Positions 14,912 to 29,763 of a DNA stretch of 64,000 bases are shown one piece after another. Where the stretch lies: NCBI RefSeq assembly GCF_009914755.1, contig NC_060939.1; one strand, given 5' to 3'. This DNA is from the human T2T-CHM13v2.0 reference genome, Homo sapiens. The notes beneath the pieces are model-generated. The model saw only the letters and a program-made list of their open reading frames with translations, was not told the DNA's origin and did not search any database. The position numbers and the translations under genes are program-made. Each line of letters opens with the position of its first letter. Position 1 is the first letter of the stretch.

Positions 14912-15460
14912 TGTAACCAAGCAAGTTAGAGAGAAATGCCACACTTTGAGATGAATTCAGGAGTCCTTTATTAGCTGGCGACCGAGAGACAGCTAATGCT
15001 TGAAATTCTCTCGGCCCCGAAGAAGGGGCTTGATTTTCTTTTATACTTTGGTTTAGAAAGGAGAGCGGGGAGCTTAACTGTAGCAATCTTACAGAAGTAA
15101 AACGGGCAAAAAAGTTAAAAAGACAAATGGTTACAGAAAAGCAAACAGTTCCAGGTGCAGGGGCTTTAAATCCATCACAAGGTGATAGACACTGGGCTAC
15201 TAACCAGACACGAACACAGGGGCTTAGGGTGCTATCATCTGGACAAATTCCTGGGAACTGCGGACCTAGCTTGCCATAGCATCTTATCAGTTATTTGCAT
15301 TTTTTGATGTCCTGGGAGTCAGCTGGCAGAAGTTAAGTCCTTGAGGAAGGGGGTGGGTAAGGAGCCCTTGTTGTCTTGCAAATGAAGGAGCCAAAAGGAG
15401 TCCCTCCGCTTTCTCAACTAAGAGGGAGTGATTCAGGTTAATACAAGTTAGAGTATCACA
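14912..15460 (-). mobile_element. ERV1 solo LTR (LTR6-like)
   Basis: TG...CA termini, 'aggagtcctttattagctggcgaccgagagac'; absent at the paralogous site near 47600. Confidence 0.75.
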
Positions 15461-16504
15461 TTATAGTGCCAAATGACAATTCCAACAGCCACAGAATAGA
15501 TATCATCATGGTCGTGGGTGGGCTGTGAAAAAAATAATAACTTTATATACCTGATAGATTAAGCCAATTTCTGCTGACACTGACCAAAAAAAGTCAGAAT
15601 GGCAGTCCATTAAGTATACACAGTAGATGTGCACAAGGAGTGACCCACTGAAAAATGGCAAGCACGTTGATGAGCTCTAACGCCTCATGGTGAGAGACTA
15701 AAAATTGTGCTAACATGATATTACAGGCACAGAGGACACAGTGCTAAGCAGCAAAACCCCAAATATTACTATGAAAGCATCACCTCCTAAACAACTTGTA
15801 AGCTGGTTTCACTGAGATTAGACTGCCCAGCAGATTTCTCAGAAAGATGTCAATGTAAACATTTAAACTTCCCAAATAAGAGCACATTATGAGGCAAGAA
15901 CCCAACACCCTGTTTCCACACAAGAGTCTGAATAGAAGTTAGAGTGCAATGAATACATAGCTTATATGTATGACATCCAAACATGCTATTAACTTAAATG
16001 AACCTCTACAACCTGAAAGTCTAGTTGCAAACACACTCAACATCCAAAATTATAAATTACGCTTCTTCTTCACTTAATATATTCATGAAGAAACACAAAA
16101 ACCCATTCCGTTTTTTTAAGTAGCTAACAGGAGAGTTGACCAGAGTAACAATTAATCCAAAGAACAAGTTTTATGAAAGCCGCAAAACATCTACTTCTGC
16201 AGTGACTGATCAAGAGTGATTTCTATGATCACTATCCATGAGATTAGAAAGAGGAGTGGAGGAAAAAAAATGAATACTCAATTGTTCTGGATTAAAGAAT
16301 TGGATGTGGAATGCAGCCTACAGAGACTATTGTTCATATTTCTAAGATAAGGGCAGAAATTCTCAAGTACAGTTTTTTCTAAGTCTGTAGAAAGCAGCCA
16401 GTCTAGTGCAAACATTCAGCTACCTCTATGCCATACCTGTCTTCCTTCTCAATAGTTTTTCTGAATTGTATCTTATAAAATTATTTCTCCACATATTTTG
16501 TACT

Positions 16505-17348
16505 TTTGTTATTTCTAGTTTGATCTTAAGGTATTCCTCTGGACAGTGTCTATAAACTCCAGCCCTGCCCAAAGGAGACTTAATACAATTTGGTCATGGA
16601 TATCTACTATGTACTTTTCACAGGATATGTACTATGTACTTTTCATAGGTGGCCAAATGCATAAGTATCTGACCTGTGACCAGGTGTCCCTATCACAGGA
16701 AACTTGATTATATTGGAAGATTCCCTCGTGGTTCTTGTGTGATCTGTGTATGGTTTACCCACGCCAAAGCCGCCACGCTGTCAGGGAGCTTTGGCTGGGA
16801 AAACACTTAGGTTCAAGTGTGTTCGTCAGGTAAGACATAGAGGAGGCAACTCAGCAAAACACATGAAATAGCATGAGCAGTGCATTCTTTACACATCCCA
16901 GAGAGAAGAGGTCAGCATGCCTTACGTGACCAATGAGAAGGGGGAGCCTTCCTGGACACAGGCTCACAACAAGCCAGTAGGGAGCAAAGAGAGAGAGTCA
17001 GAGGGAAGCCCAGTCGCTGAAGCCTTTATTGGGATCCACTGCATTACACATGCAGGTTTCTCATGGGGAGTTCTAATTTCTGGGTTTGCAGGAAACAAGC
17101 ATGAGTTCCACAGAGTCACACTATGACTGACAGGGGGCTACTGCTGCATATCTGCTCAGTTCACATGGAGTAGGTGTACTCTGTGGGACAAGTCAATGTA
17201 ACTGTATCAACAACTTTCAGGAACTGGGAGGAATTGAGGAACTTGAAACTGTGTCAAGGATGACTGAGTCCTGCTTCTGGTATATGCCAGTTAAGTGTTA
17301 TACAAAATAGATGCTGAGGCAAAGTAAAATTATCAGAATTTGCAACAT
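16505..17348. mobile_element. ERVL LTR (MER74/MER73-like), shared with U3
   Basis: ~840-bp block also at 50130-50930 but absent at the U2 site near 35755. Confidence 0.7.
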
Positions 17349-17527
17349 ATAAAATAGGAATTCCAGTAATCCACTATTAACTCCCTAAGAACCATGCAGA
17401 AGGTAAAAGGACTTGGTTAATTTATATGAAAATATATTTGAGCATGTTTCCTCAATAAAAGAACAAACTACAGCAGATCAACAACCATAATATTCCACTG
17501 AGAAATGAGCAGTCACAGAGAAAAATA

Positions 17528-18115
17528 GTGTATCCACTAATGCTAAAATGCACATTTTCACACCTTTCAAATAGAGATCCGTCTAAAAGTTCATCGTATC
17601 AAAACACTGCTGGCCACGACACAAACTTTATGTGGTTGTCTTTGTATGTGTCACCTGAATCTGGTCTAAAAAGCTTCCTTGACAGCTTCCAATAATATCA
17701 TCAACATCAAAACTTGCAGAGTAGCAGTGGATTAGAAAGATAATCTCACAAAAAGTATCATAGGAATCTCACAAGGAATGCAGCATCACCAGATGCTTCT
17801 GATTAGCACAGACAATAAGGGGGGAAAAGTCAGGCAAGATAAGATTAAAAGTGACTCAGAAGAGTTTGATCCAAATGGAAGAAATTTAATAATACTTTTC
17901 TTAATGTATTTTGCATAATTTTTCATCTCCCTGAATAAGAATGATATAATACAAATATCCACATTTGTATAAGTTGAAAAGAGATATCATCAGTAATTAT
18001 GAGGTAAATATTCTAAGTCATAAGAAGTATTTGTGTCACAGTTTGTCAATGGTTTTATTCTTTCATTGTGACAAAAAATAATGGTGCATTTCACAATTGA
18101 TGCAATTGATGCAAA
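17528..18115 (+). mobile_element. Kanga1/MER104-family DNA transposon relic
   Basis: MER104-like start 'aatgctaaaatgcacattttcacac', decayed transposase end 'aatgcagcatcacc...gtgactcagaagag', terminal 'aaaataatggtgcatttcacaattgatg'. Confidence 0.65.
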
Positions 18116-19358
18116 TGATACACCTTTCACTTACATAGAAAACACTGTCAGTATTAGCAGTACTGACTTTGTGGTTGGCGTATTGACCAGCCGTTAGTCT
18201 ACAAGTGTTATGTATCATTAGTTCATTCAATTCTCACAACATCTTAAGAGTTAGGCCTATTACCCCTCCCATGATACTGAATCTGACCTAAAGCCCTACA
18301 GGAAAAGAAGTACCTTGAGGTTGACTGTGTTTGTCTCTAGAGTTCAGACATTCATTCAGCTTGCTGATGAAGGACACCTTTTACAACTTCAAGCTTTCCT
18401 GGTAATATTTAGTCTTGTTTTTGTTTTGGGTTTGTTTGTTTGTTTTGGCATAAAAATACCTTTAACATTTGTTTGCAGTTTTCTTTTTTTAATCTCACAT
18501 AAACATCATCTAAAAGCAAGTTAACATTTTTGCATTCTCTATTCATGCCTTTCTTTCCCTTATTTAAAAATGTATTCATAACTTTTTAAATATACTTTTA
18601 ATTATTTTCATCTTTTCAAGTATCATTTTACCAATTGAATGGAAATATCACTTTTATTAGGAAAGATAAATGTTACACATTATTTATTTTAGTGTTCCAC
18701 AGAAATTTGCTCTGAAATACCTGTGGTTGAAAAGGAGAGGGATAGAGACTTTTCTGAAAATCACAAGTCAAAATTTGCTCAGAATCACATGCTTTAAAAG
18801 AGCTGCGATTGTTTTCATTATATGGCTTAGTTTGTTCTAATTATGAAAGGTACACAAGGAATTAATTTGTGTATACAGAACACTGAGATTATTATTCTGA
18901 ATGCAGTGAAAGCCACTTTGCTGCTCTGGAAGTTAGAATGTCCTCATATTGTTTGCTTTTTGTCTTACACAAACGCTATAGACATTGGCTAAGTCTTTTC
19001 TTTGATGCCTTCCAACTTGTTTTTGTGAATACATGTCTTTGTACAGATAAGCCATAATATAGATATGTATCCTTTTCCTACTCTTTGATGAGAGATTACC
19101 AAAAATTGCTTCTGGTTTGCCTTGAAATAAAAATACCACTCAGGTGGTGCTGTCATCCATCTCCAGCCTGCATATAGTTCGATACTATCGTCTTGTAGGA
19201 AGAGAACTACAAACTTTATTGATTTTCTATTATCAACTAGCAAAATATTTTTAAAAGGTTTTCATGCTTAAAGTTTTTTACATTTTATTTTCCTTGATTC
19301 AATCAATATTTTACCCACTTTTCTATTTCACTTCTATGTTGTTGTTTATTGTTTCAAG

Positions 19359-19584
19359 CTGAACCTTTGATACTCCTCTGAGTGAATCGATGGCTGAGTG
19401 TCCTGGGTAGTGAATATGGGATTCCTCAACCCGGATTCAACAGGGATTTCCATCTGAAGAAACAATTCAGGGCTCCAGAAAGCAGTCTGGGATTTCTTTA
19501 GCACCTGAAATGTGGACTGTGCAAATACCAACAGGATTGTATTGAGAGGAACACATTCTCTAGTGAAGGATGCCTTCCTGCAGG
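19359..19584 (+). other. Candidate non-coding exon (paralogous acceptors before 39116 and 55384)
   Basis: Pyrimidine tract plus AG in all three copies; consensus donor AGG|GTGAGT in this copy. Confidence 0.3.
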
Positions 19585-20099
19585 GTGAGTCTGCAAGACT
19601 CAATAGCAAATGGCTGCTATACAAGTAACAAAAGACTCAATATAATGATTTTAAAATGATTATGGTTGGCAATTGTTCAAGATTTATGAGATGTGAGAAA
19701 TGAAGAGACCAAGAGTATTGATACATTATGGATATTTTTATTCTGAATTAATAGATAGACATTTATTTGCCAGGCAATGTTGCAGGGACTCTAGTTTCAG
19801 TCTTCTACACAGAGAATTTAAAGGGCAGACTTTAGTTTTATCTACAGTACCCTTCATCTTTACTCTATTTGATAACCTGGCACTCCTAACCTTAATTTCC
19901 TTGTAAATTAAGAGTAACCCAGTGCTCCATGCAAATTGTATAGACTGTGATATTTATGCAGTGAAGGACAGGCACAAGATTATTCTTAAATTGGAAAGAA
20001 ACTGGAAGTGTTCTAGGGAAACAAAGAGAGGAGATAAGACATAACAGTTTTTCCTTGTTTGCATGAGAAATTTTTTCTGTTCTTATAAATAGAAAACTC

Positions 20100-20391
20100 G
20101 GCCAAGCGCAATGGCTCACCTGTCTAATCCTAGCAGTTTGGGAGACCAAGGCAGGTGGATCACTCGAGGCCAGAAGTCCAAGACCAGCTTGGGCAATATA
20201 GTGAGACCTTATCCCTACAGAAAAAAATTAAAAATTAGCTAGGCATCGTGGCACAAACCTATAGTCCTGGCTACTCAGGAGGGTGAGGAAGGAGGATGAC
20301 TTGAGCCCATGATTTCAAGGCTACAGTGAGCTATGATCGCACCACAGCACTCCAGCCTGAGTGACAGAGTGACCCCTATTCCCCACAAAAA
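20100..20391 (+). mobile_element. AluJ with TSD agaaaactc
   Basis: Full dimer; TSD at 20091-20099 and 20392-20400. Confidence 0.93.
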
Positions 20392-20411
20392 AGAAAACTC
20401 CCTTTAAATTA

Positions 20412-20771
20412 TAGATGCTCTCTGAACTTACTTTGGGATGACATTCGCGTAAACCCATCAAAAGTTGAAAATATCATAAGTTGAAAATGCATTTAAATCA
20501 CCTCACTAACCTAACATCATAGCTCAGCCTAGCCTACCTTAACGTATTCAGAACACTTACATTAGCCTATAGTGGGTCAAAATTGTCTAATATGAAACCT
20601 ATTATATAAGAAAGCGTTAAATAGTTCATGTAATTTAGTGAATAAATCTGTGAAAAACAGAGTGGTCACGTGGGTAATTGAAATATGGTTTCTATACAAG
20701 GTGTATTGGTTTTCTGCCGTCCTACAGTCAAAATATCTTCAATCGAACCATTGCAAGCCAGAGAGCATTCA
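20412..20771. mobile_element. MER47A-like (Tigger) MITE, shared with U3
   Basis: 'aaacccatcaaaagttgaaaatatcataagttgaaaatgcattt...agcctagcctacctt'; same site at 56149; empty site near 41945. Confidence 0.8.
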
Positions 20772-21318
20772 TTTTAAAAAATGTAATCTTTGTCAGCCAC
20801 AAATGACAACATATGGTACGAAATGTAGATTTGGGTCCAGATGTGGTGGTTCAACCTATTTATACACATTTCCTTCAATTCTAATGTTTCACTTTTCATA
20901 TGGGCTTGTTGCAAGATGGTTGTGTCATGTGACTGCCTCTTTCTGCAGACATTAATAAGATGAACAGGTGGAAGACCAGGTGTATTCAAATGTATTTTCA
21001 AGTGTCTTTGTTTTTTTCTTGTGGACTGCTACTGCAGTGAAATTAGGCAAACTTGTTTTTCCAGACCCTAGTTTAATCGTATCAACACAAAAAGTCTCCA
21101 AACATCCTTGCCACATCACAGCAGGAAATTATCTTGAAGAAGTACCTTGAGGCGATAGTAGGTCTCATGTCACTATTTCATATCCCACAGGTATCACTGT
21201 CCTTCGTTGCTTCATGCACAGTGTCTCACAAACCATTGTTCACATAATTTGTCCACTTTTTTTGCATTTGTTAAGGCGTATTAAACCCTATGAATTTTAC
21301 TACAATATTTTGATTCCA

Positions 21319-21613
<295 letters not shown>

Positions 21614-22135
21614 TTGATTCCTGCCTTCTGCAATTACTCAGTGATTACTGTATCCCTGACTATTTGCCTCAAGTTGCCAAGATGAAAAAATAATGAAAGT
21701 GAAATGCTTAGATGAAGATAATTGAACTGGCATTTGTGACACTAAAGGGAGGGGAGGTCAGATTGGTCTTGCACAGTATCAGCAAGAGTCTCGATGGGTG
21801 TCAGCCACTGTGTGTCAATGAATGAAATATTTAAGATGCACCTAAAAGAAAGGATAATGTCCCTGTTGATTAAACTACAGTCATGTTTCACTTAATGAAG
21901 AGGATACATTATACATTCTTATAAATGTTTGTTGGGCAGTTTTGTCATTCTGGGACCATCATACAGTGTACTTACGCAAACTGTAATAGGTTGTGCCATC
22001 TACTACACACTTAGGCTATATGGTATAGCCTATTGCTCACAGACTACAAACGTATGTAGCATGTTGCTATACTTAATACTGTATGCAGCGCTAACAAAGT
22101 AAGTATTTGTATATCTAAACATACCTAGATGTTAG

Positions 22136-22508
<373 letters not shown>

Positions 22509-22660
22509 TTATCATGAACGAAGTTTGCAAGACTGGATGTTCCTCTGGGTCAGTCAGTGAGTAGGAAAGTGAGGGCCTATGGCATACTTTACACTACTGT
22601 AAACTATATAAACACTGTACACTTGGGCTGCATTAAATTTACTTTAAAAATAAAGTAATT

Positions 22661-22979
22661 GGCCAGTTGCAGTGGCTCACACTTGTAATTCCAGCATTTT
22701 GGGAGGCCCAGGTAGCCAGATCACTTGAGGCCAGGAATTCGAGACCAGCCTGGCCAACATGGCAAAAACCCATCTCTACCAAAAATACAAAAAAAAAAAA
22801 AAAAAAAAAATTAGCCGGGCATCATAGCACACAACTGTAATCTCAGCTACTCTTGAGGCTGAGGCATGAGAGTCACTTGAACTCAGGAGGTGGAGGTTGC
22901 AATGAGCCAAGATTGCACCAGTGCCCTCCAGCCTGGGTAATACAGTGAGACTCTGTCTCAAAAAAAAAAAAAAAAAAAA
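22661..22979 (+). mobile_element. AluSx/Sz with expanded middle A tract
   Basis: Full Alu; flanked by aaagtaatt. Confidence 0.95.
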
Positions 22980-23335
22980 GTAATTTTACTACTACAAATG
23001 CCTACAACATCATTAGGAAGTACTTTTTTTAAGCTCCATAATAATCTTGTGGAACCACCATTGTATAAGCAGACTGTCATTGAAAATTGCATTATACTTT
23101 GCAGCAGAAAAGTGTATTATACACATAAGGGCCTATTTTACACTAATGGAAAACGCCCTCTAGAACTATAGAAACTTGAATTTTATTTACATAAAAATGA
23201 AAGCAATATTGAAATTAATTTATAAATGGGTTTGCAAATATCTTAAAATTCTGATTATGATGGTTCCAAATCAGATTTTAATCCAGGGCTATGAATATTT
23301 TAACATCACCCTCTGTGGCCTAAAGAGTAAAGGCA

Positions 23336-23631
23336 GGCTGGGCATGGTGGCTCACGCCTGTAATCCCAGCACTTTGGGAGGCCAAGGTGGGCAGATCACG
23401 AGGTCAGGAGTGCGAGACCAGCCTGGCCAATATGGTGAAACCCCATCTCTACTAAAAATACAAAATTAGCCAGGCATGATGGTGCATGCCTGTAATCTCA
23501 GCTACTCGGGAGGCTGAGGCAGGAGAATTGCTTGAACCCGGGAGGCGGAGGTTGCAGTGAGCCAAGTTACGCCACTGCACTCCAGCCTGGGCGACAGAGC
23601 AAGACTCTGTCTCAACACACCCACACACAAA
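23336..23631 (+). mobile_element. AluSg-like with CA-rich tail
   Basis: TSD agtaaaggca at 23326-23335 and 23632-23641. Confidence 0.95.
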
Positions 23632-24399
23632 AGTAAAGGCAATGAAACATTTTTTAATAAAAGAGGCTGCGTCATTGTGTGATTTCCACTTTTCCTGCTG
23701 ACACCCATTATGCAAATTCTGATGCACATGATCTTACAAGAAGATGACAATGTAAAAGTTCAGGACAAATTCATCTATATACAATGAAAATGAACAATGA
23801 AAATGAAAACCAAGTAATGACTGCCACCAGGATAACAACTACTGTGATAAAATTTGAAAGAAAAAAATAGCAAAAATGGTGAAATACAGCAGCTAGCAAA
23901 AATTTGGAAATGTTTATCAAGGAAGTCATATTAATAGAGATGAATCTTGGAGAACAAGACAATTTTCCTCGGTTTCTAAGAAGGCAACACTGTCCAGAAG
24001 GACAAAAGAGGGGCAGATGAGGAGGATGGAGCAAGCAACCAGGCCCATGAGAGGGGCTCTGCGGTGGATTGAGGATGGAGAGGCTGGAGAAGAGGCTGAG
24101 GGTAAGTCAGGGCTCACATCCTGACCTGAATAAAGAAAGGGGCACAAGAACCAGGTTCATCTTCAAGTTCAAGTCATTTCAGATTGAAAGAGAGTTGTAC
24201 TTTATCGTTAATTAGGTAAGAATGTAGTTAAGCATTTGACTGATCCATTAATTCATTTGTGAGATTCAATATAAAGGAGAATGTTCTGTGTTGCTTTTTG
24301 TTTATCACATGTGAGGGGCTCACAGAGGAACAACACAGATAAAAGTTTCCATTTTCTCTGATATTTCAGTCAAGTAGTGATTCAGAAAATGTAACAGAA

Positions 24400-24620
24400 A
24401 CTAAACTGTAGATGATAGATCAGCTCCTCAGAACTCAGGGGACAGGCATCAGACCTGGGATGGGATGGAGAAGGGAGGCCTCCAGGAGGAGGAGCATTGG
24501 AAGAGATTCTGGAGAGTGAGGAGCAGTGAGTACAATAGACAGGGGAAGGAAAGCGAAGAGGAAACAGTGTGTCCGTGGCACAGGCCAGGCCATAAGAAGA
24601 GAGCAGTGGATTGGAAGGAC
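24400..24620 (-). mobile_element. L2-like fragment (paralogs ~6250-6450, 44270-44480, 59895-60110)
   Basis: Purine-rich 'agggaggcctccaggaggaggagcattgg...gaggaaacagtgtgtccgtggcacagg' resembles the antisense L2 3' region. Confidence 0.5.
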
Positions 24621-24760
24621 CGCTGGGATGAGTAATATGTGAGGAGGCAGAAGGGCAGACCACGGAGGGACTGGGCAGGGGAGGGAGGGCCGCTTCCTGA
24701 GGACTGCATTCTGTGGGGAGGGATTTGAATGACTCAGTTTTCTTCTTTGAAATATTCCCA

Positions 24761-25070
24761 TGCTGGGTGCGGTGGCTCACGCCTGTAATCCCAGCACTTT
24801 GGGAGGCTGAGACGGGCGGATCACAAGGTCAGGAGATCGAGACCATCCTGGCTAACACAGTGAAATCCCATCTCTACTAAAAATACAAAAAATTAGCCGG
24901 GCGTCGTGGCTGGCGCCTGTGGTCCCAGCTGCTTGGGAGGCTGAGGCAGGAGAATGGCGTGAACCCGGGAGGGCGGAGCTTGCAGTGAGCCGAGATCACG
25001 CCACTCTACTCCAGCCCAGGCGACAGATCGTGACTCCCCATCTCAAAAAACAAAAACAAACAAACAAAAA
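24761..25070 (+). mobile_element. AluY with TSD aaatattccc
   Basis: 'gagaatggcgtgaacccgggag' and 'ccatcctggctaacac'. Confidence 0.95.
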
Positions 25071-25240
25071 AATATTCCCCCAAGTCCATGAGGTCATCCA
25101 ATCAGAAAAGACAGTAAGACAGTCAGAACATGTGAGGATGGTCCCTGTCCACTGTGGAGAGGGGACCGGAGGAGTTGGTGCTGAGGAGGAGTGAGAGTGG
25201 AAAGGACAGAGAGGTTCCTGTCTGCTCAGTCATTTTGCAG

Positions 25241-25314
25241 GTGTCGGTGGGATCCAAGGATCTGAAAATTCACAGTGGCTGGCTCATGGCCGCCTGGTAT
25301 CAATACACTACAGG
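25241..25314 (+). other. Candidate 74-nt non-coding exon (paralog 60448-60522)
   Basis: Acceptor 'gtcattttgcag|' and donor 'acagg|gtgagagc' are identical in U2 and U4; lengths differ by 1 nt, so no frame is conserved. Confidence 0.4.
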
Positions 25315-25872
25315 GTGAGAGCAACGTCACAGGCAGCTGGAAATAAGGGGGTCCACACCTGGCCCCAGAAGAAACCCAATGCAAGGCACACAGGCACTGC
25401 AGGAGGGGAAATGCAGAGAGGGTGGGGGTGGGTGGGGTGCGCAGGCCTTTATGGGACTTTCTCCAAGGACATGCACATGTTCACCCATCAATCGGTGCCT
25501 GCATGTCCCCTCACATGTTCTTCGATATTTTCCTACAAAATCTCATGATTATTTCATGTTTCTTGGAGTGTCACATGTATTTTGACTCTCTTCTCACACC
25601 CTTTTCTTTGTATACATAGCAATACTTCAATTTATTTTTGGTGGGTTATTCATAATTAACGTATTTCCCAACTTTGGAACCAAATTAATTTGCCCCGCTT
25701 TGCATGCTTAGGTTGATCATAGATTCGTGTCTCCTAATTTCAGAGTGGATCACCTCTGCATGACCCTAAGCAAGCGTTCAGTTTGGGGTATTGCATTTTC
25801 TTAGGTAACATTCGACACGTTTATGCTCCATAAACTATTAAGCTGTCACTAGTCATTTAAAAATTCCAGTAG

Positions 25873-26307
<435 letters not shown>

Positions 26308-26674
26308 CAGATTTCTTCTTTTCTAATATATATATTTGAGGCTATAATATCCCTCCAAGCTCCCTGATTGCACCCCATGAATTTTGATAAGTTGTGTTTT
26401 CCTTTAAATTTAGTTCGAAATATATTTTTAAATTTCTCTTGAGATTCCTTCTTTGACCCATGTGATAGTTAGAACTCTGCTATTGAATATCCATGTATTT
26501 TACCAGTTATCATCCCTTTATTAATTTCAATTTTAATTCTATTTTGACCTGAGTTTATATATTATATGATTTCTATTCTTTTACATTTGTTAAGGTGTGT
26601 TTTATGGAGGAGAATGTGGTCTCTCTTTTGATGAGCGGTTCATGTAGGCTTGAGAAGATTGTGTGTTCTGCCAT

Positions 26675-27028
26675 TGATATGGTTTGGCTGTGTCCCCACC
26701 CAAATCTCAACTGGAATTGCATCTCCCAGAATCCCCATGTGTTGTGGAAGGGACCCAGGGAGAGGTAATTGAATCATGGGGGCCGGTCTTTCCTGTGCTA
26801 TTCTTGTGATAATGAATAAGTCTCACGAGATCTGATGGTTTTATCATGGGTTTCCACTTTTGCTTCTTCCTCATTTTCTCTTACTGCCACCATGTAAGAT
26901 GTGCCTTTTGCCTCCCACCATGATTCTGAGGCCTCCTCAGCCATGTGAAGCCGTAAGTCCAATTAAACCCCTTTTTCTTCCCTGTCTCGAGTATGTCTTC
27001 ATCAGCAGCATGAAAATGAACTAATACA
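26675..27028 (+). mobile_element. THE1 (THE1B-like) solo LTR
   Basis: 'tgatatggtttggctgtgtccccacccaaatctc...gaactaataca'; near-perfect 5-bp TSD gccat/cccat. Confidence 0.92.
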
Positions 27029-27397
27029 CCCATCGTTGGGTAAAGTAGTCTGTAGATGTCAACTGTACCCCCAATCCGTTGATGGTGCTGCTGAATTCAG
27101 CCAAATCCTACTAATTCTGCCTGCTGGATTGATTTCTGATAGAGGAGTGCTGAAGTCTCCAAAAATAATGGTGGATTCTTCTATTTCTTCTCGTAGTTTT
27201 AACAGTTTCTTCCTTACATAGATTGAAGCCCTTTTGTGACTTACATACTTGTTAGGGATTGTTATACCTTCTTGAATAATTGACCTCTTTATCGTTATGT
27301 AATGCTCTTCTTTATTCCTGATAATTTTCCTGGCCTAATAGTCCACCCTTTCAGAAATTAATATAGCTATTCGTGCTTTCTTTTCATTCATGCTTTC

Positions 27398-27540
27398 TCC
27401 GCCCCCCTGGGTTCAAGCAATTCTCCTGCCTCAGCCTCCCAAGTAGCTGGGACTACAGGCGTGTACCACCATGCCCAGCAAATTTTTGTATTTTTAGTAA
27501 AGATAGGATTTCACCATGTTGGCCAGGCTGGTCTCAAACT
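27398..27540 (-). mobile_element. Internal Alu fragment
   Basis: Alu middle section lacking both ends. Confidence 0.85.
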
Positions 27541-27855
27541 ACTGTTAGCATGACATATTTTGTGTCATTCATATACTTTTAATTTAGGTGTGTCTTCACA
27601 TTTTTTAATTGACAGGTATAATTGTATGTATTTACTGTATACAACATTATGTCTGAAGTATTATATACATCGTGGGATAATTCTAGCTAGTTACTTTGTG
27701 CATTACCTCACCTATTATCTCAGAGATGTGATGTGATAGCTCACTATGGCTTTAATTTGAATTTTCTTTTATTTGTCTTTATATTTAAATGGGTTTCCTA
27801 TATAAAACATATGGCTGGGTCTTTTTTAATTCACTTTGACAATCTGTGTATTTTA

Positions 27856-28156
27856 TTTTATTTCATTTTATTTTATTTTTGAGACAGTCTCACTCTATCA
27901 CACAGGGTGGACTGGAATGACAGGATCTCGGTTCACTGAAGTCTCTGCTTCCTGGGTTCAAGCAAGTCTCACATCTTAGCCTCCCAAGTCACTGGGATTA
28001 CAAGTGTGCGCCACCACTTCTGGCTAATTTTCGTATTTTTAGGAGAGACAGGGTTTCACCATGCTGGCCAGGCTGGTCTCAAACTCCCGACCTCAGGTGA
28101 CAGTGCTTCGGCCTCCCACAATGCTGGGATCATAGACATGAGCAACGCTCCTGGCT
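27856..28156 (-). mobile_element. AluS with TSD gacaatctgtgtatttta
   Basis: Full antisense Alu with (TTTTA)n tail. Confidence 0.93.
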
Positions 28157-28699
28157 GACAATCTGTGTATTTTAATTGTTTTATTTTTACCATTGGTATT
28201 CAAAGTGATTACTGATATAGTTGGATTGATATCTACTATATTTGTTACTGTTTTCCATTTGTTGCCCTTGTTCTTTGGTCCTATTTTTGTCTTCCACCCA
28301 TTTTCTGCCTTTTGTGGTTTAAATTGAGAATTGTATATGACTCCATTTTCTCTTCTTTAACTTTTTTTTTTTTTTTTTTTTTACTTTTTTAGTGGTTGCC
28401 CTAGGGAAGAAAAACTTTTATCTTCCTAGTAAAATCTAACATAACAGTTTGATGAAAGAAATGACAGCAACAATGTATTTGATGATGTATTACTAGGTAT
28501 ATGTCGTGTGTGTCTGTGTGTGTGTGTGTACATATGAATGCTTATATACAAGTGAAATGTCATGACACTGGTGGGTGTTTGATTTAGTATGTCTTATTAG
28601 GTCTGGGGTAGGGCATGGGTCAAACCCAACACCACGCTGGACCCAGCCAGTCTCAGCGAACTTAGCCCATTAAAGTCTTATCAGCCTGGGCTTGTCCTT

Positions 28700-29062
28700 G
28701 TCCTTGTAGCTCATTTTAAAGATCCTTTCTTGAAGTTATGTGAAATTACTGCTTGATATTTTCTTCTTTTTCATATGACCACTCAGCCTTCCTATTTTAT
28801 GCCTGTTTATTTAACTAGGGGGTGGAATAATCATTAGGTATTCTGGAAAGGGAGGGGATTTCAGGGACCCCCGGTTACTGTACCCTTTATTGCTTACTTG
28901 GGTTTGCTGGGAAGGGTCATGGACATGTCACCCTGACAAGGATTTTGGCCATTTTCTCTCTCTTATTTTGGGGTTTTCCTCTGGTTTATTCACCTGGTTC
29001 ATGTTTTAGCTGTTATTTTGGTTTTTCATCCTCTTGCCACAACCCAGTGCTATTCCTATATC
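28700..29062 (-). mobile_element. ERV1 MER4-group LTR fragment
   Basis: 'gggggtggaataatcattaggtattctggaaagggagggg' and terminal 'gctattcctatatca'; left boundary uncertain. Confidence 0.5.
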
Positions 29063-29278
29063 AATGAGGCATCAACAATATTGATAATATTTTGTTCATT
29101 AAGTTGGGCAAAGACTTAAGAAAAAAATAAACTTTTTTAGAATAGTTTATATTCACACAACACTTGCTAAGGTAGTACAGTTTCCCTTATTAAACTCTTA
29201 ACTATTTTTATTATTAGTGTGGGACAATAGTAGTAATTAATGAACGAATATTATACATTATCCTTATCTAACATACAT

Positions 29279-29763
<485 letters not shown>

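Noticed and set aside
15737-15760. CACAGTG as a V(D)J recombination signal
   Set aside because: No correctly spaced nonamer and no V-segment ORF
21065-21190. 126-nt exon as a KRAB-A exon
   Set aside because: Similar length only; the translation has no KRAB motif and I saw no C2H2 array in the window
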